Position numbers and translations under genes: made by a program. Below the pieces are notes generated by a model. The model was not told the DNA's origin and did not search any database. It saw nothing but the letters and a program-made list of their open reading frames with translations. Below are positions 39,115 to 52,526 of a DNA stretch of 64,000 nt, one piece after another. Numbering within the stretch: position 1 is the stretch's first letter; every line of letters starts with the position of its first letter. Where the stretch lies: positions 363,506,001-363,570,000 of the forward strand of contig NC_067398.1 of the NCBI RefSeq assembly GCF_016432865.1, given 5' to 3'. The DNA is from Antechinus flavipes (taxonomy: Eukaryota).

Positions 39115-41396
39115 GTGAAGGAGACAGATTTTGGTGAATATGAGAAGGAAGAGGGCTAGTACAGATATAAATACATATACATATATATTACATACATATA
39201 TAGACATGCTATGAATACCAGCCTAAACTTTCTTACATGTATATATGCAAGATAATATTTATAAAGTGCTTAGCATTGTTTCTGGAACAAAGTAGTAATT
39301 ATATAAATATTGGCTATTACCATTATTATTGATTGCATAATTATGTTTATGTATGGAGAATCAATGTGTATTGTATAGTCTATATAGAGATGTCTACACA
39401 CACTACATACTTATTCCTGTTGCAACTGGTATGGGTAGTGAGGGGGGAGATAGTTGGCAGGGCAGATGTGGGGTCTAAGATGAAGAGAAATAATCCTGAT
39501 ACTATCATGGCATTGGAAAAGTTCTCAATTAGAGGTACTTTGGAAGTGATTTACTAAAAAGTCTCTTATTGACTTGAAAGAGTAAATTCATTTTCCCCAA
39601 GGGCTTCAATACTGCCTCTCAGTTTATAATTTTCAAATGGGGGAGATTTCTGTTTCTGTATCAGTACATCTATACATATATATGTCACATAGAAAGATAT
39701 TTATACAAATATAGTATATGCGCACATACATACATAAAATGTATGACATCTAAAATATACCTGTATGTGTATATATATTACATACACACATATATACATA
39801 CATATATACAGAGTATATGGGAAAGAACCTTAGAATGGTTGTCTAGATTCCTAGGTTCTAATCCCAACTCTGACATTGTATCGCCTCTTAGTTTTAGTTT
39901 CCTTTCCTATGGAATGAGCATAAATTATCACTGCCCTACTTGTCTCCAGAATCCAATGAGAAAACACTTTTAAAAATGCACTAAAACATTACAAGAACCA
40001 TATAAATTCAAATTATTATTATTGTTATTATTACTGGGTTAAGAGGATCATGGTGCATAAAGTCATGAAATTATTATTATTATAATTACTGGGTGAAGAG
40101 GATAATGGTGTGTGAAGATCAGGAAATAATTCTTCCTCACTATTAGTCAGTCCTTATTTGAATATAGTGACTAATGTAGCCAACTATACATTGACTAGGA
40201 TGAAGCTTTTGAGGGACAATGTGTCATTATGATGATATAGGAGCTAGATGATAGAGACTATGAAAAAATGCTAAAACAATGAATCAAGGATCTCCTGTGA
40301 ATTCGGTCCTACAGAAGTATTGGGGATACCTGAGAAAGGAATTGATTCTACTCTATAGGAGTTCACAAAATATTTGAGGAGATAAATCCAGTAAACATGA
40401 AATAAGTATAAACTATAGAATGCACCATGAAATCAGGCAGCAGACTGTCCAATTCAGACTCAAGTCTCTCAAAATTCAAAAGAGGGAGAATGGAAATTGG
40501 AGTTATGAGATCAGAAGACATAGGCTTTGAAAGGTTCTTGGAGATTGTTCTTGTCCAGCCCCCTGATTTCATAGATAGGGAAAGTGAAGTGGTGAAATGA
40601 CTTGCTTCTGGCCACATGGATAATAAGTGGCAAAGTCAAGATTTGAAACAATATCATAAAATCCAAGAATTATAGAAATATTGCTGGAAGGACCTTAAAG
40701 ACTATTTAGTTCAACATTCTGATTTTTAAAATGAGGAAATTTTGACTTAAGAAGGTCAGATGACAAGCCCAAGTTCACACACATGGTTTCTATCTGAGGG
40801 GGGGGGATTTAAACTCAGGTCAAATGAGGTAGCATATGTAAATCACTTAAAAAAACCCTCAAAGTAATATAATAAAAATGCTAGCTAGCCAGGTCTAGGT
40901 AGGAATTCCAAGTCCCTAGCCAGTGTTATTTTTGTGGTGCCATGTTTCTTAGAGAATTTTTTCACTCCACCATATTAATAGGGAAGGCTTCAAAGAGGAA
41001 GTGGGATCCACCCTTGAAGGTTGGAGATTTCTAGATGAGAAAGGAAAAGCAGGTCTTGAATGTAGGAGGATGACAGAAATAAGGCATGAAGGAAAAAAAA
41101 AAGAGCTTGGCATGTGTATAGAACAATAAGGAGAACAACCTGCTTAGATTTCTATAGTGGGAGAAATGATTAATAAGGTGAGGAAATTATGGTAGATATT
41201 GAAAAGCAGGTTTGGAATCCTAGATGTGATGTGCTAAGCAATAACTAATTGGGAGATTTGGAGGCTCCTTCTAGCCCTAGTTCCTTATGATCTTATACCT
41301 GGGGACTGGGGACCCTGGGACCTGTTCTTCTTGGGGAGGAAGGGGATGGAGGGTGGCAGGTATTCTCCAAGGCACTGACCTGTGCTTTGGCAACAG

Positions 41397-41853
41397 CTAG
41401 AGGCAGCAGATGTGGGTGAGATCTTCAAGATCCGCGTGGGCCACACCGGTGAGGGCTTCGGATCTGGCTGGTTCGTGGACACAGTGGAGCTGAGACGGCT
41501 GGTGCTACAGGAGGTGGAAGTCACCCCAGAGGAAGAAGCCCGGAAAAAGAAGGAGAAGGACAAACTGCGGCAGCTGCTGAGGAAGGAGAGGCTTAAGGCC
41601 AAGGAGCAGCAAAAGAAGAAAAAGAAAAGCAGCGATGTGGAGTCTGAGGAAGAGGAGTCTTCATCCGAGGAGGAGTCTTCAGAGGAATCGGAAGAAGAGA
41701 CTGAGATGGAGGACGAAGAGGAAGAATTTGGTCCAGGCATGCGGGAAGTGGTCGAGGTCTATAAGTTTCAAGCTAATCGATGGCTGGCCACGGATGAGGA
41801 GGATAACGATCTGGTCATGGAGTTGGCCCCCTCGGGAAGATCCGGTCCTGAGC
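41397..41853 (+). CDS. LOXHD1: LOXHD1 exon (457 nt, phase 0-1); PLAT half interrupted by a basic coiled coil and an acidic Ser/Glu tract
   Basis: caacag acceptor, GAG C|gtaagc donor, [28 protein letters not shown]...[19 protein letters not shown]...[16 protein letters not shown]. Confidence 0.94.
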
Positions 41854-42568
41854 GTAAGCCTGAGCCAGGGTCGGAAAGTCCCCCGGAGCGATCGGACCCA
41901 TATTTGTGACACCAGGTTGTGGAGCAGAGCTTTCAAAGGGCAAGGCTCACTTGTTTGGTCCCAAGAGGGGACAGGAACTGCAATCACCTATGGGTGTCAC
42001 AAATCTGGGCCCAGGTGGCCCAGTGCCAAAATTCCACCATCAGTAAAGTTAGTCTTTGAGATTAAGCACTTTTCACCCTCTGAGTCTGCTTGATAATCCT
42101 TGGAAAGGGTAACAAATTAGCACTAGAATACTAAAGTGAATGGGTTTAAGAAATCAGATTTTATTCCTAGGAAGGATTCAGGGTAATGAGTCCATTGAGT
42201 GCTTGGGTGTGGGAGGTGAGACTGGGGAAAGGGTTGGAAGAGATAATCAAGAGAGGTAAGAATATTGAGAGAGCAGCATATTATTTAGAAATAAGATGAG
42301 AGATTCCAAAGACAGACTTCATTGGCCGAAACTCTCCTAATACCCTTGGACTTCTTGGAAAGGACAATTATGGCAGGGGAGGATAGGGCTAGGGCTAGGA
42401 GATAGCTCAGAGAAGCTAATTTTGGCCCTTGTTCTAGAGGAGTCTATGCTTGACCTTTGAAAACCCAGCATACTGACAGCCATTTGTTTTCCTTAAAACT
42501 AGACTTGATTTCTCATGATTGGACCCAGGACTTGGTTTCCTAAATCCTACCTTATTCTGTGTCCACAG

Positions 42569-42723
42569 CCAATACCTATGAAGTCCAGGTGATCACAGGG
42601 AAGATGCCCAAAGGTGGCACTGATGCCAATGTCTACCTGAACATCTATGGTGAAGAATATGGTGATACTGGCGAGCGAGCTTTAAGAAAATCAGACAAAT
42701 CAAATAAGTTTGAACAAGGACAG
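42569..42723 (+). CDS. LOXHD1: LOXHD1 exon (155 nt, phase 1-0), [51 protein letters not shown]
   Basis: gtccacag acceptor, CAG|gtaatg donor. Confidence 0.95.
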
Positions 42724-43341
42724 GTAATGACAACAATAACAGTTTATTTACAGGACACTTTACATAAAACACATTTAAACAGATACTTAAAATTTATCAA
42801 GCATAGACTTCAGAGGCCATTGAGTCCAATTCTCTCATTTTGCAAATGAGGAAACTGAGGCAAACAAAATTAAGATGTGGGAGATTCCAAAGACAAAATT
42901 CACTGGCCAAGTCTCTCCTAGTCCCTTTGGATTTCTTGGAAAGGATAGAAATTAGCAGGGGAGGGTAGAGCTGGGGTTACACAGTAATTGTCTGAGGCTG
43001 GATTTGAATTTAGGAAGATGAGTCATCCTTACTCCAGGCTCAGCACTCTATGCACTATGGCACCCAGGCTAAGTTTCCTTATTTGTAAAATGAAAGGGGT
43101 TGAACTCTGGCCCCTTATGCTCTTTTAAGTCTAGATTTCTTTCCTCTAGGATCAAGGATAAATCCCAATGTTTGGAATTTAAAACCTTTCACAGTTTGGC
43201 TACTGGTCTTCTTGCTGTTCTTCAGAATTCTTAGTTTCCCTCAAGATTCAATTCAACACTCCCTTATACATCAGGTCTTTCTTGATCCCTCCAGCTGTTA
43301 ATGCTAATCCCCTTAATCATCTTGTATTTATTTTGTATATA

Positions 43342-43915
43342 CAGCTGATCCTCATTGTGGGTTCTGTATCTGGGAATTCGCCTACTCACTCAAATTTATT
43401 TGTAACCCCAAATCAATACTCGGGGCACTTTCACAGACGTGTGCAGAGTGTTTGAGTCACCCGATGTGCACGTTCCCAGCTGAGGTCAAACAAGGCAATG
43501 TTCTGCCTGCTTGTTTCAACTCTCATACTATAAACAAGCATCCTTTACACAGCATATTTGGTGGCACATTTTAAAAATTTTTGTGCTTTTTGTTAGTAAT
43601 TTCACAGTTAAAAATGTCCTCCAAATGTAGTGCTGAAGTGCTATCTAGTGCTCCTAAGCACAAGAAAGCTATGATGTGTCTTATGGAGAAAATATGTAAG
43701 CTTCAGTCAGGCATGAGGCAGTGCTGTTGGCTGTGAGTTCAATACTAATGAATCAATGATATGTCCAGAAAAAAAGAGGAAATCCCCTAATTTCTAAGTG
43801 AGGTCACTCTGGAAAGTGTTAAATTAAATGTTGTGACCAAAGGCCTGTGGGAATCTAACCCTGCATTTCCTCTGGAAAGAATTGATTAGTATTTACCAAT
43901 TCACAATGACTTTAT
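43342..43915 (+). mobile_element. TcMar-Tigger element (MER82-like) retaining the transposase N-terminus
   Basis: TA immediately before CAGCTGATCCTCATT. From 43614 it reads MSSKCSAEVLSSAPKHKKAMMCLMEKI..KLQSGM, like a Tigger/pogo HTH start. 3' end interrupted by a SINE. Confidence 0.7.
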
Positions 43916-44589
43916 CCATCATTTTTGTTGTTCAGTCATTTCAGTCATGTCCAACTCTTTGTGACCCCATTTGGTTTTTCTTGGCAAAAACATTGCTGTC
44001 ATTTGCCATTTCCTTCTCCAGTTCATTTTACAAAGAAGGAAACTGTGGCAAAAAAAGATGAAGAGACTTGCCCCGGGTCACAAACCTAAGAAGGACCTGA
44101 GGCCAGATTTTAACTCAGGAAAAGTTCTTGATTTCAGGTCCAGCACTCTATCTACTGTGCCATCTAGTTATATATAAATACCTCTCTTAGAGCGTAAGCT
44201 CTTTGAGGGCAGGAACTGTTTATACTTTTGCTTTTTTATGTCCAGAATCTAATTTCTGGCATGTAGTAAATACTTAATAAATGCTTCTTGATTGATTTCA
44301 TTATGTTTCTGCTGGATAGGAAAGTAAGGATTTGGGGTTTTTTTTCTTCCCATTTCCTGGAGCAGTACCTGCATTGTACATGATAACTGCATATTTGTTG
44401 TTGATCATGATCATTTCTTTCAGGTCAAATCTGTGCTTCCCTATTGGCATATTTAGAATTCCCAGTGAGGAAACTCCCACTATGCAAATCAGAGACTTCT
44501 CTATGATCTATAGTTTGGGTCACTGGGAATTATAACTTTCTCAGTATAATACAAGTCAGTATATGTCAGAGATAGGACTCAGGGTTTTT

Positions 44590-45360
44590 TTTTTCATTTT
44601 AATAGTATTTCATTTTTATATTTACATGTAGAAATAGTTTAGAACATTAATTTTTATATGATTTTGAGTTCCAATTTTTTCTCTCCCTCTTCCCCAAGAC
44701 AACAAGCAATCTAATATGTAAGACATGTACAATCATTTAAATATTTCCATATTAGTTATGATGTAAAAGAAAAATCAGAACAAAAGGGAAAAACCACAAG
44801 AAAGGAGGAAAACTGTGAAAATAATAGGCTTTTTAGATACTTAACACTTTCTAACTGTGTGATCCTAGGCAAGTCACTTAAGCCCAATTGCCTCAGAAAA
44901 AAGAAACTAATAGGCTTTGATCCTCATTCAGTCTCCATAGATCTTTCTCTGGATGTACATGGCATTTTCCATTCTAAGTCTATTGAAACTGTTGTGGATC
45001 ATTACTGAGAAAAGCTAAGTCTATCACTTAATTGATCATCATACAATCTTGTTACTATATACAATGTTCTCCTGGTTTTTCTCACTTCACTCAACATCAG
45101 TTCATATACGTCTTTCCACGCTTTTCTGAAATCAATCTGATCATCATTTCTTATAGAATAATATTATTCCATTACATTTATATACCATGACTTATTCAGC
45201 CATTTCCCAGTTGAAGGACATCCATTCAATTTCCAAGCAAAAAGAGCTGCTACAAACATTTTTGGGCATGTGAATTCTTTTCCTTCTTTTATGATCTCTT
45301 TGGCATACAGATCCAGTAGTGACACTTGTGTTTCAAAGGATAGGCACGGTTTTATAGCAC
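44590..45360 (-). mobile_element. L1 3' end fragment carrying a truncated SINE (~44835-44905)
   Basis: L1 3' motifs in reverse; internal agatacttaacac...cccaattgcctcag plus A-run. Confidence 0.7.
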
Positions 45361-45468
45361 TTTAATCCAGGTTTTCTTTACTCTGAGGCTCTCTTTATCC
45401 ACTATAACCCAGCTGCTTCTTTGAGGATGATCATATGCAGCATAATTTTTTAAAAAATTGCTCCATAT

Positions 45469-48400
45469 GGACTTCTGGGGGTGGAGCCAAGATGGTGGAG
45501 ATGATACATGTTTCTTTCTGACCTTCTCCTACAACTTTCAGACTAATTAGCAAATCCAGCCTCTGAATTAGCTCTGGACCAGCAGAATATTGGGAGTGCA
45601 ACAAATTATCAACAGAAGATATTTTGAAGATCATCAGAAAAGGTCTGTTTCATGTGTAAAGGGGAGGGAGGCAGCGAAGCACAAGCAGCTGAGTACAATC
45701 GCCAGCACAGAGTCTAGGGCGATGCGGACTCCGAAGGTGGTGTGGACTCTATGGGGCAGTGCGGACTCCACATGGTGGAGAATCTATGGGGACAAATCTA
45801 CAGAAATCTACAGCAGTGTTGGCCATTCTGCCCTGGCTGCAAGCCAGTAGATCAGCAGAGAATTTAGAAAATATCCAACACAAACACAGAGATCAGTAGT
45901 GAACCCCAAAATGCCAGAATCTCATGGGACCTGGCCATACCCACCCAGGAGTGAATCAGCACTGACCCAGGTCATCTGAGGCCACTTATAGAGGAAACTG
46001 ATGCTTGTAGAAGAAGCTTGGAAAAGCTCTCCAACCCTAAAAGCAGACCTTAACTTCTTTTAAAAAATGAGTTAAAAAGTAAAGAGGACTCTGACAATAG
46101 ACAGTTTTTATGGTAAAAGAGAAGAACAGATTTCAAACCCTGAGGATACTAAAGGCAGATTGTCTCCAGATGAAGCCTCAAAAAGTGACATAATCTGGTC
46201 CCCATCACACAAGGCTCTCCTACAAGAAATTAAAAAGGATCTTAAAAGAGAGCTAGAAGAAAAATGGGCAAAGGAAATGAAAACTTTGCAAGAGAGTTTG
46301 GAAAAGACATATAATTCATTAAAAGATAGATTTTATAAAATGGAAAAAGAAAGCAATTCCTAGAAAAACAGAATTTGTGAAATAGAAAAAAAAATAACTC
46401 CTTAAAAACAGAATTTGTGAAATGGAAAAAAAAATTCTATAGAACAAAACAACTCATTTAAAAATTCAATTGGACAAATTCAAAAAGAAGTTAAAAAAAA
46501 GTAAATGAAGAAAATAATTCGCTAAAATTCCGAACTGAACAAATGGAAATGAATGACTCAATGAGATAACAAGAATCAGTCAAGCAAAACCAACAAAATG
46601 AAAAAATAGAAAAAAACATAAAATACCTAATTGGGAAAACAACCGACCTGGAAAATAGATCTAGGAGAGACAATCTAAGGATTATTGGACTCCCTGAAAT
46701 ACATGATGAAAAAAAGAGCCTAAACACCATTTTTCAGGAAGTCATCAAAGAGAACTTCCTGGATATCATAGAATCAGAAGGTAAAATGATCATTGAAAGA
46801 ATTCACTGAATACTTCCTGAAAAACCCCAAGGAATATTGTGGCTAAATTTCAGAACTATCGGACCAAGGGAAAAATATTACAAGCAGCCAGAATGAAACA
46901 ATTCAAATACAGAGGAGCCACAATAAGGATTACTCAGGACCTAGCAGCTTCCACTTTAAAGGATCAAAAGGCCTGGAATCTGATATTCCAAAAAGTGAAG
47001 GAAGTTGGAATGTAGTCAAGAATAAATTACCCTGCTAAAATGAGCATTTTCTTTCAGGGAAAAAGATGGACATTCAATGAAACTAGTGAATTATACTTAA
47101 TTTTTATGAAAAAACCAGAGCCAAACAAAAAATTTGACCTCCAAATATAGAACTCAAGAAAAACATAAAAAAGTAAAAAGAAAAAAAAACTTTTGAGAAC
47201 TATATTTCTGGTGTGAGTATACATAGAAAGTACATGTATAATATGATTTTACTGGTATAATATAAAAAAGAAACTATAGGTGGAAAGGGGATTGTATTAG
47301 AAAAAAAAAGGGGAAGATGGAGGTAAAATGAGGGAAATTACATCTCAGAAAGAGGCAAAGAAAACCTATTATAATTGAGGGAAAGAAGAGAGGGTGATGA
47401 ATAGTGTGGGAATCTTACTCTCATCAGATTTGGCTCAAAGAAAGAATATTAGATATATTTGGTTTCATTGAGAAACATCTCTTACCTTATAGAACAGTGG
47501 AAGGGGGAAGGGGAAAAGAGAAAAGGGAAAGCATAGGCTAAATAGAAGGGAAAACAGAAATAATAGGGGAAAGGTTTAAGAAAGGGTAAGGTGTCTAAAG
47601 GGGAAGGACTGCTTGAGGCAAATAAGCTCATAAATAAAATACTGGAGAAGAGGGAAAGGGGAAAAGGAAAGAGAAAAGTATAATTTGGGGTTAATAAGAT
47701 GGCAGGAAATACAGAATTAGTAATTTTAACTGTAAATGTGAATAGAATGAACTCTCCCATAAAACGTAAGTGGATAGCAGACTGGCTTAAAAGCCAGAAT
47801 CCTACAATATGTTGTTTACAAGAAACGCATTTAAAGCAGAGCAATATATACACAGTAAAGATAAAAGGATGGAGCAGAATCTATTATGCTTCAGGTGAAG
47901 TAAAAAAAAAGCAGGGATAGCTATCCTGATCTCAGATAAAGGAAAAGCAAAAATTGACCTAATTAAAAGAGATAAGGAAGGAAACTATATCTTGCTAAGG
48001 GCTACCATAGATAATGAAGCAATATCATTATTAAACATATAAGCACCAAATGGTGTAACATCTAAATTCCTAAAGGAGAAGGTAAGAGAGTTGCAAGAAG
48101 AAATAGACAGCAAAACTATAATAGTGGAAGATCTCAACCTTGCTCTCTCAGAACTAAATAAATCAAAACACAAAATAAAAAAGAAAGATATTAAAGAGGT
48201 AAATAGAATACTAGAAAAACTAGATATGATAGATCTTTGGAGAAAATTGAATGGAGACAGAAAGGAGTACCCTTTCTTCTCAGCAATTCATGGAACCTAT
48301 ACAAAAATACACCATATATTAAGACATAAAGGCCTCAAAATCAAATGCAGAAATACAGAAATAGTAAATGCATTTTTCAGATTACAATGCAATAAAAATT

Positions 48401-51400
48401 ACATTCAATAAAAGACCAGGGGAAAATAGACCAAAAAGAAATTGAAAATTAAATAATCTCATTCTAAAGAATAAATGGGTGAAATAGCAAATCATAGATA
48501 CAATCAATAATTTCATCCAAGAGAATAACAATAATGAGACAATATACCAAAATTTGTGGGATGTAGCCAAAGCGGTAATAAGGGGAAATTTTATATCTCT
48601 AGATGCTTACTTGCATAAAATAGATAAGAGAAGATCAATAAATTGGACTTGCAATTAAAAAAGCTAGAAAAAGAACAAATTTAAAAACTCCAATCAAATA
48701 CCAAACTTGAAATTCTAAAAAGGAAGAGATCAAAAAAATTAAAACTAAAAAAAAAATCTATTGAATTAATAAATAAAACCAAGTTGGTTTTTATTTAAAA
48801 CCAACAAACTAAATAAACCTTTAGTTAATTTGATTAGAAAAAGGAAAGAGGAAAAACAAATTATTAATCTCAAAAATGAAAGGGGAGAACTATCCACCAA
48901 TTAAGAGGAAATTAGAGCAATTATTAGGAGTTACTTTGCCCAACTTTATGCCAATAAATTTGATAACCTAAATGAAATGGAGGAATACCTACAAAAATAT
49001 AGATTGCTCAGATTAACAGAAGAAGAAATAAATTACTTAAGTAGATCTATTTTAGAAAAAGAAATAGGACAAACTATTAGTCAACTCCCTAAGAAAAAAA
49101 TCCCCAGGACCAGATGGATTTACATGTAAATTCTACCAAGCATTTAAAGAATGATTAACTCCAATACTATATAAACTATTTGAAAAAAATAGGGAATGAA
49201 GGACTTCTACCAGATTCCTTTTATGACACAGACATGGTACTGATACTTAAATCAAGTTGGATGAAAACAGAGAAATAAAATTATAGACCAATCTCCCTAA
49301 TGAATTTTGCAAATTCTTAAATCTTAAGATGCAAAAATCTTAAATAAAATATTAGCAAAGAGATTACAGAAAATCATCCTCGGGATAATATACCATGACC
49401 AAGTAGGATTTATAACAAGAATGCAGGGCTGGTTCAATATTAGGAAAATTATTAGCATAATTGACTATAACAATAACCAAATTAACAAAAACCTTATGAT
49501 TATCTCAATAGATGTAGAAAAAGCATTTGATAATATCCAACACCATTCCTAATAAAAACCCTAGAGAGTATAGGAATAAACGGATTTTTCCTTAAAACAG
49601 TCAGTAGCATCTATTTAAAACCATCAGCAAACATCATATGTAATGGAGATAAACTAGAACCATTACCAATAAGATTAGAGGTGAAACAAGTTTGCCCATT
49701 ATCACCATCACTATTCAATATTATATTAGAAATGCTAGCTTTGGGAATGAGATGAAAAAGAGATTAAAGGAATTAGAGTAGGTAATGAGGAAACCAAATT
49801 ATCACTCTTTGCAGATAATATGATGAAATATTTAGAAAACCCTAGAGAATTAACTAAAAAGCTACTAAAAATAATCCACAACTTTAGCAAAGTTGCAGGA
49901 TACAAAATAAATCCCCATGAATCATCAGCTTTCTTATACATCACTAACAAAATCCAACAGTAAGCGATACAAAGAGAAATTCCATTAAAAAAAAAACTCT
50001 TGATAGTATAAAATATTTGGGAATTTATCTGCCAAGGGAAAGTCAGGAACTATATAAGCAAAACTACAAAACACTTTCCACACAAATAAAGTCAGATCTA
50101 AGCAATTGGAAAAATATCAAGTGCTTGTAGATAGGTCAAGTGAATATAATAAAGATGACAATATTCCCTAATCTATTTATTTAGTGCTATACCAATCAAA
50201 TTTCCAAGAAACTATTTTACTGACCTAGAAAAAATAACAACAAAATTAATCTGGAAAAACAAAATGTCAAGAATTTCAAAGAAATTAATGAAGAGAACAG
50301 CAAATGAAAGTGGCCTAGCTGTACCAGATCTAAAACTATATTATAAAGTAGTCGTCATCAAAATCATTTGGAATTGCCTAAGAAATAGACAAGCTGATCA
50401 GTGGAATAGGTTAGGTTCACAGAACAAGATAGTCAATTACTATAACAATATAGTATTTGACAAACCCAAAGGCTCCAGCTTTGGGATAAGAATTTTCTAT
50501 TTGACAAAAACTGCTGGGAAAATTGGAAATATATGGCAGAAAGTAGGCATAGACCCACACCCAACACCATATACCAAGATAAGATTGAAATGGGTTCATG
50601 ATCTAGACATAATGAATGATATTATAAACAAATTAGAAGAAATAGGATAGTTTACCTCTCAGATTTGTGTAGTAGGAAAGAATTTGTGATCAAAGAAGAG
50701 CTACAGATCATTATTGATCACAAAATAGATAATTTTGATTATATTAAGTTAAAAAGTTTTTGTACAAACAAAACTAATGCAAACAAGATTAGAAGGAAAG
50801 CAATAAACTGGGAAAACATTTTTATATACAAAGGATCTGGTAAAACTCTCATTTCTAAAATATATAGAGAATTAACTCAAATTTATAACAGTTCAAGCCA
50901 TTTTCCATTTGACAAATGGTCAAAGGATATGAACAAACGACTTTCAGATAAAGAAATTAAAACTATTTGTAGCCATGTGAAAAGTTTCTTCAAATCACTA
51001 TTGATCAGAGAAATGCAAATTAAGACAACTCTGAAATACCACTACACACCTGGTCATATTGGCTAAGATGACAGGAAAATATAATGATGACTATTGGAGG
51101 GGATGTGGGAAAAATGGGACTGATACATTTTTAGTGAAATTATAAATGGATCCAATCATTCTGGAGACCAGTTTGGAACTATGCTTGAAAAGTTATCAAA
51201 CTGTGCATACCCTTTGACCCAGCAGTGTTTCTATTGGGATTATATTCCAAAGATTTCTTAAAGGAGGGAAAGGGATCCACATGTGCAAAAATGTTCTGTG
51301 GCATTCCTCTTTATAGTGGCAAGAAACTGGAAACTGAGTGGATGCTTCTCAGTTGGAGAATGGCTGAATAAATTATGGTATAAGAATGCTATGGAATATA

Positions 51401-51954
51401 GTTGTTCTGTAAGAAATGACCAACAGGATGATTTCAGAAAGACTTTGAGAGACTTACAATAACTAATGCTAAGTGAAATGAGCAGAACCAGGAGATCATT
51501 ATACATGGCACCAACAAGACTATACAACAATCAATTCTAATGGATGTGGCTCTTTTCAACACTGAGATGATTCAAATCAGTTCTACTTGTGCAGAGATGA
51601 AGAGAGCTATCTACATCCAGAGAGAGAACCATGGGAACAGAGTGCAGAACACAACATAGCATTCTCACTCTCTCTGTTATTTGCTTGCTTTTTGTTTTCT
51701 TTCTCAGTATTTCTTTTTCTTCCTTCTTGATTTGATTTTTCTTATGCAGCAAGATAACTGTATAAATATGTATACATATATTGGATTTAACATGTATCTC
51801 AACATATTTAACATGTATTGGACTATATGCTAGCTAGGAGAGGGGATGGGGGAAGGAAGGGAAAATTTGGAACAAAAGATTTTACAAGAGTCAATGTTGG
51901 AAAAATTACCCCTGCGTATGCTTTGTAAATAAAAAGCTTTAATTTAAAAAAATT
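45469..51954 (+). mobile_element. Full-length marsupial LINE-1 (~6.5 kb), inactive, sense to LOXHD1
   Basis: 5' end GGACTTCTGGGGTGGAGCCAAGATGG. ORF1 remnant ~46068-47170. ORF2 from 47699 (MAGNTELVILTVNVN..., endonuclease), RT motif LFADN at 49805-49819, C-terminal pieces 50264-51066. AATAAA 51928-51933. 16-bp TSD AAAAATTGCTCCATAT at 45453-45468 and 51955-51970. Many stops and frameshifts. Confidence 0.95.
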
Positions 51955-52212
51955 AAAAATTGCTCCATATTTATAAATGTTTTAGGGTTTGCTAAAGACT
52001 TTACATGTTATCTTATCTGATCTTCACAATATCCCTGGGTGATAAGTATGGTTATTCTTATTTTATATGTACAAAAATTAAAGTTCAGGCTTATTGACTT
52101 GTCTAGGGTCACTTAGCTAGTAACTGACCAGAATTGTGATTGTGATTGAATTTTTCCTAATCTTATGTCCAGCTTTTTACTTACTATGCCAAATAAACAT
52201 ACACAGATGGAT

Positions 52213-52252
52213 ATATCATATCATATCATATCATATCATATCATATCATATC
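52213..52252. repeat. (ATATC)n pentanucleotide repeat
   Basis: direct reading. Confidence 0.85.
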
Positions 52253-52526
52253 TATCTATCTATCTCCATCTCAGCCTTCTTTTTTCCTCCATCCTCTTTC
52301 ATAATCAAATAGCAAATAGAAGCAAGAAGACAGAATTTCATGGCATGCATAAACTATTAAATATCTACACCAAATAGTTGATTGACTTACTGAATGTTTT
52401 ACATTTCAATCTGCAGAATTTAGTGTTCCAAAAAATAGTGATCTTGAGCTTCCTCTAGAAAATCTAGAAATAGATTAGTATTATAGGACTTCCTTCCTTC
52501 TGAATTCTGTGTTCTTACCTCTACAG

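Noticed and set aside
38816-39207. ORFs rich in ER/RE or LS repeats (also 7791-8429 upstream part, 9594-9806, 14217-14534)
   Set aside because: They are translations of (GA)n, (CT)n or (TA)n microsatellites or N gaps, with no coding signal.
40010-40125. ~57-bp tandem duplication (attattac tgggt.aagagga..atggtg)
   Set aside because: Ordinary slippage duplication seeded by an ATT microsatellite; no functional signal.
41285-42093. Overlapping antisense and off-frame ORFs (poly-Ser 151 aa, 152 aa, 102 aa)
   Set aside because: Shadows of the low-complexity LOXHD1 exon; no independent splice or start evidence.
47699-51066. L1 ORF2 fragments as active retrotransposon or domesticated gene
   Set aside because: Many stops and frameshifts, and the catalytic FADD is mutated to FADN.
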